Below, piece by piece: positions 8,095 to 16,889 of a DNA stretch of 60,429 nucleotides (the first letter of the stretch is position 1; every line of letters starts with the position of its first letter). Where the stretch lies: positions 1 through 60,429 of the IMG/VR virus record IMGVR_UViG_3300045996_001806, one strand, 5' to 3'. The translations under genes and the position numbers were made by a program. Source of the stretch: a virus (taxonomy: Duplodnaviria > Caudoviricetes). The notes below the pieces were generated by a model. It was not told the DNA's origin. It did no database searches and was given only the letters and a program-made list of their open reading frames with translations.

Positions 8095-8786
8095 TCGCCG
8101 TCGTCATCCCGGTGCTCGGGCGCCCCGAGGCTGTTCTTCGTGTCGCCGATTCGCTCGAGCACATGACCCACGGCGCCTATCGCCTGTTCTTCCTGTGCTC
8201 GCCTGGCGACGATGCCGCGATCGAGGCTGTGGAGCGAACCGGCGCGGACTACCGCGTCGTCATGTGGCATCCGGACAAGGCCGACTTCGCGATGAAGACG
8301 AACCTCGGCTTCCGTCTCACCAACGAACCCTACGTCTTCCTTGGAGCGACGGACCTACGCTTCCACGTGAGTTGGGATCTGCACGTGCTCCTGGTCGCGC
8401 AGGAGACCGGCGCCGGCGTTATCGGCACCGACGACATGGGCAACCCGCTCGTTCGCCGTGGCAAGCATGCCACCCACGCGCTCGTTCGCCGCACGTACAT
8501 CGAAGAGTGCGGGGGCACCTTCGACGAGGAGCCGGGAGTCGTGTACGCCGAGTGCTACGACCACCAGTGCGTCGACAACGAGCTCGTCTTCGTCGCGCAG
8601 GAGCGCGGCCAGTGGGCGTTCGCGGCCAACTCGAAGGTCGAGCACCTGCACCCGCTCTGGCGCAAGGGCACGATGGATCCGGTCTACCAGAAGGCACTCG
8701 CTCGAGGTCAGGCCGACATCCGGATCTTCGCGTCGCGGCGAGCCGACTGGACAGCGAGGCGAGGGCGTACTAAAGTCGGCGCCTGA
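8091..8786 (+). CDS. Glycosyltransferase (GT-A/GT2-like)
   Basis: IAVVIPVLGRP N-terminal strand, FLGATD, DNEL, VEHLHP. Confidence 0.85.
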   Translation: MIAVVIPVLGRPEAVLRVADSLEHMTHGAYRLFFLCSPGDDAAIEAVERTGADYRVVMWHPDKADFAMKTNLGFRLTNEPYVFLGATDLRFHVSWDLHVLLVAQETGAGVIGTDDMGNPLVRRGKHATHALVRRTYIEECGGTFDEEPGVVYAECYDHQCVDNELVFVAQERGQWAFAANSKVEHLHPLWRKGTMDPVYQKALARGQADIRIFASRRADWTARRGRTKVGA

Positions 8787-8888
8787 CGATGGCGCGACCT
8801 TCTCACGACGATGCCTTTCGGCCCGGCCGCTGACCTGCGCCATCGTCGTCGTATGTTGGCGGCCGGACCGAAGGGCGAGAGGTAGACC

Positions 8889-9134
8889 ATGAAGCGGATT
8901 CACCACCAGGAGACGCCCTTCGGCCCGATCATGGTGGAGACGGTCGCGTGCGATCGCTGCGAGGCCGAGAAGGTGGCCGACGGTGCTCTCATGGGCTGGA
9001 TCCAGCTCGAGCCGATGGGCCTGCTGCGAACCCAGGCGATGCCGAGCGTTCTGCATTTCTGCTCCGACACCTGTGCTAGGGACTGGCTCAGCGAGGTGGG
9101 CTTGCGCCGCTTCGGACCCGGGCAGGTGCAGTGA
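8889..9134 (+). CDS. Zn-finger hypothetical protein
   Basis: CDRC...HFCSDTC. Confidence 0.7.
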   Translation: MKRIHHQETPFGPIMVETVACDRCEAEKVADGALMGWIQLEPMGLLRTQAMPSVLHFCSDTCARDWLSEVGLRRFGPGQVQ

Positions 9135-9694
9135 ACGGCTCTCTTCTCCTCGCTCCCCACAACGACGACGAGACGCTCTTCGCCTCCTACCTATGCCTCA
9201 TGCACAAGCCGCACGTCGTGGTCTGCCTGCGCTCGATGCGGATGGCCGACCCGAACTATCCCGGCGGGATGCCGATCGCCTACGAGATCCGCGAGCGCGA
9301 GACCCAGTGCGCGATGGAGGTGCTCGGCTGCACCTGGGAGCAGTGGATGATCTACGACAACTACCCGCTGAGCTGGGAGCGCGCGCTCGAGGAGCACATG
9401 CAGAACATCCGCCCCGTTCCCGAGCATGTCTTCGCGCCGGCGCCCGAGCTCGGCGGCCACGAGCAGCACAACACGGTCGGCGAGATGGCGCGGCGGATCT
9501 TCGGCGCGGGAAACGTCACCCACTACCTGACGTACACGGCCAAGGGTCGATCGACGAACGACACCCCGATCGAGTGTCCGGTCGGCTGGCTCGACATCAA
9601 GCGAACGGCGATGGCGTGCTACGCCTCGCAGGCAGCTCATCCGGCGACGCGCACGTGGTTCGAGCAGGACGATCTTCGCGAGTTCGCACTGTGA
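9131..9694 (+). CDS. PIG-L/LmbE-family N-deacetylase
   Basis: APHNDDETL, GHEQH, K..AMACYASQ motifs. Confidence 0.85.
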   Translation: MNGSLLLAPHNDDETLFASYLCLMHKPHVVVCLRSMRMADPNYPGGMPIAYEIRERETQCAMEVLGCTWEQWMIYDNYPLSWERALEEHMQNIRPVPEHVFAPAPELGGHEQHNTVGEMARRIFGAGNVTHYLTYTAKGRSTNDTPIECPVGWLDIKRTAMACYASQAAHPATRTWFEQDDLREFAL

Positions 9695-10257
9695 GTGTTC
9701 TCGGCCCAGACGGAACGCGCTGGCCGCCCGGGACCCTGCGTGCGCTCGAGCACGAGTCGATCCGCGGCTTCGTCTACCAGGCTGCTTGCGATGAGTACCT
9801 CTCTGGCCGAGTGCTCGACTGGGGCTGCGGCAAGAAGCCCTATCGCGAGATGATCGAGAAGGCAGGCGGCCACTACGAAGGCTACGACCTGGCCGAGTTT
9901 CCGGCCAACGTGTCGGGCGAGGACGTCGGCAGCGAGCTCTTCTGGGACGCGAACGCCTGGGACGCGATCCTCTGCACGCAGGTTGTCCAGTACGTGCCGT
10001 TCCCGGAGTTGATCGAGTTGCTCGCTGACTTCCGCGACCGTCTCTTCGACGATGGTCATCTCGTGATGACCTACCCGACGAACTGGCCCGAGGTCGAAGG
10101 CGCGGATCTCCATCGCTTCACGAAGGCGGGCATGGAGCGGATGCTCACTGAAGCCAGGTTCGAGATCCTCGAGCACGAGTGCCGCGGCATCGGTGCCGTC
10201 TCACTCTCCGGCGACGAGTTCGCCGTCGGCTACGGGGTGATCGCGCGCCGTGGCTAA
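9691..10257 (+). CDS. Class I SAM-dependent methyltransferase
   Basis: VLDWGCGKKPY, DAILCTQV, DLHRFT. Confidence 0.85.
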   Translation: MSVLGPDGTRWPPGTLRALEHESIRGFVYQAACDEYLSGRVLDWGCGKKPYREMIEKAGGHYEGYDLAEFPANVSGEDVGSELFWDANAWDAILCTQVVQYVPFPELIELLADFRDRLFDDGHLVMTYPTNWPEVEGADLHRFTKAGMERMLTEARFEILEHECRGIGAVSLSGDEFAVGYGVIARRG

Positions 10258-10465
10258 GCCGCGAAACGAGATCACGAACGTCCCGCCACAGTGCCCGCGC
10301 TGTGGGAACAAGAGCTTCAAGCCCGGGACGCTTTACCGCTCGTTCAAGACGTTCCGCTCCGAGAAGCTCATCCTCGAGTGCACCGAGTGCGAGCTCAAGT
10401 TCGACGGCTCTGGCTGGTGGGACGAGGCGGGCGCGGAGTGGACGATGGCGGAGTCAGGCACGTGA
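10250..10465 (+). CDS. Zn-ribbon protein
   Basis: CPRCG...CTEC. Confidence 0.7.
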   Translation: MAKPRNEITNVPPQCPRCGNKSFKPGTLYRSFKTFRSEKLILECTECELKFDGSGWWDEAGAEWTMAESGT

Positions 10466-11169
10466 AGAACGCCGTCATCGTCGTTCCCTACCGCGGCTCG
10501 AGCGCCTGGCGCGAGGCTGGCGAGACGCGCCGGCGCAACTGGGAGTACGCGCGCGCCTGGTGGTCGGAGCTCGGGCTGCCGATCTTCATCGGCGACTCGC
10601 CGGCGAACGCGCGCTTCGACGTCACGAAGGCGCGCAACGCCGCGCTCGCCTTGGCGACTCAGATGAACCCTGACTGGGACGTCGCGCTGATGACGGACGC
10701 CGATGCCGTGCTCGGTTCGCTGAACCAGGCCAAGGCCGCGCTCGGTGTCGCGTTCGCGACGCGCGGCTACGTCGCTGCGCACAGCGAGCTTCGCTACCTG
10801 AGTCCTCGGGGCGCTGCGTATGCCGAGCGCGGCTATGCGATCACGGAGGCCGCCGTCGAGATGACGATCGCCGAGACCTGGGAGACGGTTTTTGCCTTTC
10901 CGCGGGATCTGTGGGAGGAGATCGGCGGCTTTGACCCGCGCTTCAGCGGCTTCGGGCATCAGGTCGAGGCGTTCTTCCACGCTGCAACGACGCTGCGCGG
11001 CAACGACCGCATCACGGGTCCCTGCTACCACTTCTGGCATCCCTACAGCGCGGACTCGCCGCACCCTGCGCTCAAGGCGAACCGCGCGCTCGTCGAGCGC
11101 TATTGGGAAGCCGCCGACAACGAGGCCGCGATGCGCGAGCTGGTCTCCGAGTACGTGGTGGCCGTATGA
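10462..11169 (+). CDS. Glycosyltransferase (GT-A, GT2/GT7-like)
   Basis: IVVPYR, ARN, DAD, IGGFDPRFSGFG, YHFWH. Confidence 0.9.
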   Translation: MKNAVIVVPYRGSSAWREAGETRRRNWEYARAWWSELGLPIFIGDSPANARFDVTKARNAALALATQMNPDWDVALMTDADAVLGSLNQAKAALGVAFATRGYVAAHSELRYLSPRGAAYAERGYAITEAAVEMTIAETWETVFAFPRDLWEEIGGFDPRFSGFGHQVEAFFHAATTLRGNDRITGPCYHFWHPYSADSPHPALKANRALVERYWEAADNEAAMRELVSEYVVAV

Positions 11170-11411
11170 AGCGCCTCCTTCGCAGCGCATGGCTTCGATC
11201 GCGGCCGCTTCTGTATGGGCCGCCAAACTGGCTCGTGGACAAGTTCGACTCCGAGGATCGGCGCATGTTCGGCTTCTGGACGATCATCCTGGCCGCAGTT
11301 GGAGCCGTGTTCTTCGGGCGTGAAGTGCTGTATGTGACCATCCTCAGCATCATCGCGTTGATCCCCAACTACGCGAGCGAGACGCCTGTGGAGACCGAGG
11401 ACGAGGAATGA
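11166..11411 (+). CDS. Small two-TM membrane protein
   Basis: Two hydrophobic segments. Confidence 0.65.
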   Translation: MKRLLRSAWLRSRPLLYGPPNWLVDKFDSEDRRMFGFWTIILAAVGAVFFGREVLYVTILSIIALIPNYASETPVETEDEE

Positions 11412-11686
11412 CACTCTCGCTCGAGCAGGAGCTCGAAGGGCTGATCGAGAGCACGGACTACCAAGTGGTCGTGGCGCACGTGAGCGACAACTATCTGCGC
11501 CTGCGGATTTTGTACCTACCTCATCTCGTCGTGCGCGGCGAAGGTGCGTTCTCCTACGTCGCCACCGGACTCATCGGCGACAAGTCGTTCATGGGCCGCC
11601 GACGGTGGAAGAAGGCGCGCAAGTGGGTCAAGGAGCAGATCGCCGAGCATCGAGAACTGCTGGCGATGGGAGTCAAGGTCTGGTGA
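11408..11686 (+). CDS. Hypothetical protein
   Basis: ATGA and GTGA overlaps. Confidence 0.65.
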   Translation: MTLSLEQELEGLIESTDYQVVVAHVSDNYLRLRILYLPHLVVRGEGAFSYVATGLIGDKSFMGRRRWKKARKWVKEQIAEHRELLAMGVKVW

Positions 11687-12234
11687 CGGTGGTCATCGAC
11701 ATCGGCTGCGCGCGCTACGGCGGCGACTACTCGATCGAGAGACTCCTGGAGGAGTTCAAGCCGGTGACGATGCTGTACGGCTTCGACCCCAACGGAGAGA
11801 TCGTCGCGTCGGCCCCAGAAGGCGCATCGCGTATCAGCCCTACCCGGTGGCAGATGCCCGATGGGGCCGGCGTGGCGCTCGAGCAGAAGGCGGCCTGGAC
11901 CTACGACGGCGAGATCGGCTACCTGTCGGACGGTCTGAACTCGTGCCTGACCGAGCGCAACGACGTCACGCAGGTGGAGTGCTTCGACCTCGCGCGCTTC
12001 ATCGTCGAGCGCTCGCAGCGTGCCGATCAGGCGGGCGGTCTCGACATCGTGCTCAAGATGGACGCTGAGGGATCTGAGTACGACCTGCTCGACCACCTGA
12101 TCGCGGCGGGCGGCGACGCGCTGCTCAAGCTCGCCTGGGTCGAGTGGCACCCGAAGCGGATCGTGAACGCCGCGCAGCGGCGGAAGAACATCGAGGATCG
12201 GATCGCGTGCGAACTCGCGGAGTGGCGCTGGTGA
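11683..12234 (+). CDS. FkbM-family methyltransferase
   Basis: VIDIGC, YGFDP, KAAW, LKMDAEGSEY, VEWH. Confidence 0.85.
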   Translation: MTVVIDIGCARYGGDYSIERLLEEFKPVTMLYGFDPNGEIVASAPEGASRISPTRWQMPDGAGVALEQKAAWTYDGEIGYLSDGLNSCLTERNDVTQVECFDLARFIVERSQRADQAGGLDIVLKMDAEGSEYDLLDHLIAAGGDALLKLAWVEWHPKRIVNAAQRRKNIEDRIACELAEWRW

Positions 12235-12824
12235 GAGTCTCTGCGGTCATCGTCACCCGCGGCGACGTCAACCTCGACCGGATCATCGAGGGGCCGTGGC
12301 CGGAGCCGTTCACCGAGATCGTCGTCTGGGACAACTCCGTCGAGACGGACATGAAGGTCTACGGGCGCTACGCCGCAATCAAGAAGGCGAGCCATCCGGT
12401 GATCTACGTCCAGGACGACGACTGCATCCTCCCGCTCCAGTCGCTGCAGACGCTCGTCGATGCCTACGAGCCGGGGCGCCTGGTCGCGAACATGCCTCGC
12501 TCGCGCTGGGAGGGCTACCCGGATTCGTCGCTCCTCGGCTGGGGTGCCATCTTCGACGCGCACCTTCCGCGCGAGTCCTTCGGGAAGCTCCCGCATCTCT
12601 TCGTCAGGGAGGACGATCGCGAGTGGTTCCACCTCACCTGTGACGTCGCCTTCTCGGCGCTGAGTCGGCGAACGGTCATCGACGTGCCGTTCGTGCACCT
12701 GCCCTGGGCTGAAGGGCCTGACCGCATGTTCACGGGCCGCCCGACACACTCCGAAGAGCGCGAGCGGATGCTCGAGCTGTGCCGGTCCGTCCGCGGCGAA
12801 GACGATGACAGGAGGGACTGGTGA
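12231..12824 (+). CDS. Glycosyltransferase (GT-A fold)
   Basis: VSAVIVT, IVVWDNS, GRY, IYVQDDD. Confidence 0.8.
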   Translation: MRVSAVIVTRGDVNLDRIIEGPWPEPFTEIVVWDNSVETDMKVYGRYAAIKKASHPVIYVQDDDCILPLQSLQTLVDAYEPGRLVANMPRSRWEGYPDSSLLGWGAIFDAHLPRESFGKLPHLFVREDDREWFHLTCDVAFSALSRRTVIDVPFVHLPWAEGPDRMFTGRPTHSEERERMLELCRSVRGEDDDRRDW

Positions 12825-13618
12825 TTCCCGAAGCAGCGACGATCGACATCCTCTACGTCGCGTTCAACCGGCTCGAGATGACGCGCGAGAGCTTCGGCGC
12901 GCTCCTGCGGAACACGCACTGGGATCACGTCGACACGCTGTACGTGGTCGACGACGCCTCGACGGACGGCACGAGCGAGTGGCTCTACGACCAGCAGATG
13001 CTGTGGAAGAGCGACAACGGCCCGCAAGCGGACTACGGGACGGACTTCATTCTCTCCGACCGCAAGCTCGGCGGACCGGTCGCTGCGATGAACTGGTACC
13101 TCGACGCGACGCGCGACCAGGAGCACCCGGACACCTTCGCGAAGATCGACAACGACTTCGTGGTCTGCCCGGGCTGGATGGATATCGCGCTGCGGCTGCA
13201 TTACCTGGGATCGAACATCGACATCATCGGCTTCGAGCCCATGAGCGGGCGACCGCAGATGGTTCGCAAGGACAACCACGCCGAGTGGCGCTTGAACGAG
13301 GCCAATCACATCGGCGGAAAGGGCCTCATCCGCAAGCGCGCCTTCGAGCGCTCGGGCTGCCGCCCGCACCCGCACGGCAAGCACGGTTACCAGGGCTTCA
13401 CCCAATGGCAGCGCAAGCACCCCGACGTCATCAAGGCCTGGATCAGCCCCGATCTGTGCTGCTTCGGCCTCGACCAGCTCCCCTTCGAGCCGTGGAACTC
13501 GCTGACGACGAGCTACGTGCAGAAGCGCTGGCAGCGCCGTTGGGGTCCATACGACTCGCTCGACACGACGTACTGGCAGTGGTGGCTCGATGAGGATGAA
13601 TCGCGGATGGCCGCGTGA
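12821..13618 (+). CDS. Glycosyltransferase (GT2-like)
   Basis: AFNRL, VVDDASTDGT, KIDND. Confidence 0.9.
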   Translation: MIPEAATIDILYVAFNRLEMTRESFGALLRNTHWDHVDTLYVVDDASTDGTSEWLYDQQMLWKSDNGPQADYGTDFILSDRKLGGPVAAMNWYLDATRDQEHPDTFAKIDNDFVVCPGWMDIALRLHYLGSNIDIIGFEPMSGRPQMVRKDNHAEWRLNEANHIGGKGLIRKRAFERSGCRPHPHGKHGYQGFTQWQRKHPDVIKAWISPDLCCFGLDQLPFEPWNSLTTSYVQKRWQRRWGPYDSLDTTYWQWWLDEDESRMAA

Positions 13619-14397
13619 AGCTCGTCGCCTCCCTCGTCGTCCGCAATGAGCTTTCGCGTTACCTCGAGCCCTGCGTCGCCAGCCTGCTCGAATTCTGTGA
13701 CGAGATTCGCGTGCTCGACGACTGCTCGGACGATGGCACCCTGGGTTGGCTGGGAAAGAAGTGGGTGAGTGAGCGGGTCTTCGTGGCGACGACGCAAGAG
13801 CGCTCGTTCTATGTTCACGAGGGCCGGATCCGTCAACAACTGCTCGAGTGGACGCTCAAAGCGGAGCCGACACACATACTCGCGATCGACGCCGACGAGT
13901 TCGTCGCTGACGGTCGGATGCTCCGCAAGGGCCTCACGAACCAGCCGCAGCAGGAGGTCTGGACACTCGGGATGCAGGAGATCTGGAAGGCCGACGAGAA
14001 CGCGCTGTGGATCCGCTCGGACGGCGGTTGGCGCGCGCACGAGACGACGGCGCTCTACCGCGTGCCGCCCGAACTCCCGCACAGCTTCGCGATCGTCGAC
14101 CGCGCGCTCGCCTGCGGCCGCGAACCCCAGTATGTGCGGCGCCAGTACCGGCAGGCTCTTCGGACCGGGACCGAAATCCTCCACTTCGGCTGGACGAACG
14201 TGTCCGAGCGGCGAGTGCGCTACGACCGCTACGTCGTCGCCGACGGTGGTCGCTTCCACGCATCAGCCCACCTGCAGAGCATCCTCTTCGAGGATCGCCG
14301 GGTGCGGCTACGCAAGCGCGAGTGGCCCGCTGAGCTCGCCGCCTACAAGGACGTACTCCTCGAGAAAGTGAGGCACGAACGATGGCAACCCGCGTAG
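13615..14397 (+). CDS. Glycosyltransferase (GT2-like)
   Basis: VVRNE, DEIRVLDDCSDDGT, IDADE, ILHFGW. Confidence 0.9.
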   Translation: MKLVASLVVRNELSRYLEPCVASLLEFCDEIRVLDDCSDDGTLGWLGKKWVSERVFVATTQERSFYVHEGRIRQQLLEWTLKAEPTHILAIDADEFVADGRMLRKGLTNQPQQEVWTLGMQEIWKADENALWIRSDGGWRAHETTALYRVPPELPHSFAIVDRALACGREPQYVRRQYRQALRTGTEILHFGWTNVSERRVRYDRYVVADGGRFHASAHLQSILFEDRRVRLRKREWPAELAAYKDVLLEKVRHERWQPA

Positions 14398-14597
14398 TGC
14401 TCCTCGGCTGGAATGTCCATGTCGAGAAGGTCAAGCAGACGGTCAAGGGCGACAACGGCTTGCCGAAGGAGGAGGACGCCTACAAGCTCGTGTTCTCCGA
14501 GGTCGACACCGACAACACGATCGTCTTCATGCACGCCAAGCACGTCGCCGACTACCTCGTGCGCGAATACACCGGAGTGATCCTCCCGGGTCTGTGA
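14382..14597 (+). CDS. Hypothetical protein
   Basis: ORF with typical codon usage, coupled to next gene. Confidence 0.6.
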   Translation: MATRVVLLGWNVHVEKVKQTVKGDNGLPKEEDAYKLVFSEVDTDNTIVFMHAKHVADYLVREYTGVILPGL

Positions 14598-14941
14598 ACG
14601 AGTACGTCCCCGAACCCTGGGCCTTCGCGCTTATTGCGCTCGGCGCCTGGCGTCTGTGGCTTCTGGTCGCTGATGACGTCATCCTCGAGAAGCCCGTCGA
14701 CATGCTGCTCCTGCGCATTCCCGCGCGCCATCGCGACTACTGGCGGAAGTTCCTCGAATGCCCGCGCTGTCTGGGTTTCTGGCTGTGCGGACTCGGCTAT
14801 GCGATCTGGCTGAGCGTGCTCGGCGATTGGCCTGACACCCTCGGCGAGAGCATTGCGGCGATTGGTGTGTGGTTCGCGCTGAGCGGCGTCGTCGCGCTTC
14901 TCGGCTCGATCTGGGAGACCCTCACGGACGTGCAGGACTAG
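14594..14941 (+). CDS. DUF1360-like membrane protein
   Basis: WRL..L..DD.I, LECPRCLGFW; position upstream of portal. Confidence 0.7.
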   Translation: MNEYVPEPWAFALIALGAWRLWLLVADDVILEKPVDMLLLRIPARHRDYWRKFLECPRCLGFWLCGLGYAIWLSVLGDWPDTLGESIAAIGVWFALSGVVALLGSIWETLTDVQD

Positions 14942-14945
14942 ACGA

Positions 14946-14968
14946 ACTGCCACGGCGCGCTCTATCGT
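14946..14968 (+). promoter_or_regulatory. Putative late promoter ACTGCC-N11-TANNNT
   Basis: ACTGCC-N11-TATCGT. Confidence 0.55.
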
Positions 14969-15002
14969 CGGGACCCGTCGCGACATCGACGAAGGAGCCA
15001 TC

Positions 15003-15071
15003 GTGTGCAACTGCGGGAAGAAGAAGGCCCAGACCCAACAGCCGCCAGCACCCCAGCCCGAATCGAAGTAG
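15003..15071 (+). CDS. Small CxC peptide (22 aa)
   Basis: SD AAGGAG; MCNCGKKKAQ... resembles short head-region peptides of actinophages. Confidence 0.6.
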   Translation: MCNCGKKKAQTQQPPAPQPESK

Positions 15072-15077
15072 GCCTGA

Positions 15078-16889
15078 GTGCCGCTCTTCGGTAGGGGTAG
15101 ACGTGCCTCTAGCCGCTCTCCTGCCGACGTAGAGATCGAGGTCCTGCAGGCGGCCGCGGCTGAGGTGCGGCTGAAGGACGGGCGGGACTACCGGCGCTCG
15201 CTGCCCGCGTGGCAGCGGCAGGCGCTCGAGTTCTACGACCTGCTCGGCGAGTCGTGGTACCCGGCGCAGTTCTACGCCAGGATGCTCTCGAGGGTTCGCC
15301 TGCATCCGGCGATCGAGCTCCCCAACGGCGAGTACGAGGAGATCGAGGACGAGCAGGCCCAGACCATCCTGAAGCGCATCCAGTACCGCCGCTGGGGCGG
15401 CACTTTCGGGCAACTCCAGGCGCTCGTTGGCGACGGCTATCTCGCCGTCTACCTGGACGACGATCAGAGCGAGCGCTGGGACTACTTCTCGCCCGCCGAG
15501 CTCACCGTGCAGGAGACGACGTACCTGCGGCGCATGGGCGACGGCGTGCCGGATCGCGAATACACGAAGGTCGGCTCGATCGGCGAGAACGGTCCCGGGG
15601 AGGGCGAGATGAAGGCCTGGCGCCTGTGGAACCGTCATCCGACGCACTCGGAGATGGCGGACGCGCCGATGAAGGCAGTCCTCGATCGCCTGTCCTACCT
15701 GATGCACCTGGACAAGGCCGCGCTCGCGGCGGCGCTCTCGAGGATCGCGGGCGCGGGCCTGTTCGTGGTCGACGAGCGGATCACGATCCCGCCGAGCGAG
15801 GCAGAGGCCGCCGACGATGATCTGCACGACGACCCCTTCATGCGGCGGCTCCTGAACTACATGGTGAAGCCGATCTCCACCCCGGGCTCCGCTGCGCAGC
15901 AGGCCCCGCTGGTCGCGCGCGTCGAGCCTCCCGAGGGCATGTCCGTGAAGGACATGACGGACTGGATTCGCTTCCACGACCCCAACCAGACGACCGACTG
16001 GGACTCGAAGGTCGAGAAGACGATCCAGCGCATCGCCATGTCGCTCGACATGCCGCCGGCCGAGCTGCTCGGACTCGAGAACGCGAACCAGTGGGTCGGC
16101 TGGCTGATCGGCGAGGACAAGTGGAAGGCCCACGGCGAGCCGGTCATCATCCGGCTCTGCGACGACGTGACGCGCGGCTACTACCGACCTGCGTGTATCG
16201 CCGCCAAGGTAGAGCGAGCGGAGGAGCTCGTCGTCTGGTTCGACCCCGCGCAGGTCGTCGTTCATCCCGACCACGGCAAGGCGGCCGAAGAGGTACACGA
16301 TCGTGGCGCCCTATCGGACAAGGCCCTGCGCGCGGCCCACAACTTCTCCGAGAGCGCGGCGCCGTCGGCGGTAGAGCGAGAGGCCTGGGAGATCATCAAG
16401 ATGAAGCAGCGGGATCGCCCGCAGGATCCCTCCGAGGCTGACGCCCGAGGAAGCGGCTCGCACGTCGAGCCGGGCGCGCCCGAGAACAACGGCAATCGCA
16501 CGAACCAGCCTTCGCCGCAGGGCGACAATCAGCAGCTTCGGATTCTCGGCGCCGCCGAGATCACCTTCGACAAGCTCCGCGAGCGCGCCGGCACGTTCCT
16601 GTGGACGAAGCGGATGCAGTGCGAGGGCTGCTTCACCGGCATGGAGACGGTGCCGCGCGGCGAGCTCGCAGCGACGGCCGGCAAGAACATCGTGAGGATG
16701 CTCGACATTCATTCCGAGCTCGCGCTGATCGCCGGTGGCGCCGACCACTTCGCCGTGAAACTGCACAAGCAGTACGGCTACGACGAGGAACGCGCGCAAG
16801 TCATCGCGAAGGTCCTCGAGCGGCTGGCTGCGGAGTCGCTGTACGAGTCAGAGGCCTCGCTGCCAGAGGACTTCGTGGAGGTGCTCTAG
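15078..16889 (+). CDS. Portal protein
   Basis: WQRQALEFYD..GE, LSRVRL, ADAP, SRIAGAG, LDMPPAELLG..ANQW; size and position. Confidence 0.85.
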   Translation: MPLFGRGRRASSRSPADVEIEVLQAAAAEVRLKDGRDYRRSLPAWQRQALEFYDLLGESWYPAQFYARMLSRVRLHPAIELPNGEYEEIEDEQAQTILKRIQYRRWGGTFGQLQALVGDGYLAVYLDDDQSERWDYFSPAELTVQETTYLRRMGDGVPDREYTKVGSIGENGPGEGEMKAWRLWNRHPTHSEMADAPMKAVLDRLSYLMHLDKAALAAALSRIAGAGLFVVDERITIPPSEAEAADDDLHDDPFMRRLLNYMVKPISTPGSAAQQAPLVARVEPPEGMSVKDMTDWIRFHDPNQTTDWDSKVEKTIQRIAMSLDMPPAELLGLENANQWVGWLIGEDKWKAHGEPVIIRLCDDVTRGYYRPACIAAKVERAEELVVWFDPAQVVVHPDHGKAAEEVHDRGALSDKALRAAHNFSESAAPSAVEREAWEIIKMKQRDRPQDPSEADARGSGSHVEPGAPENNGNRTNQPSPQGDNQQLRILGAAEITFDKLRERAGTFLWTKRMQCEGCFTGMETVPRGELAATAGKNIVRMLDIHSELALIAGGADHFAVKLHKQYGYDEERAQVIAKVLERLAAESLYESEASLPEDFVEVL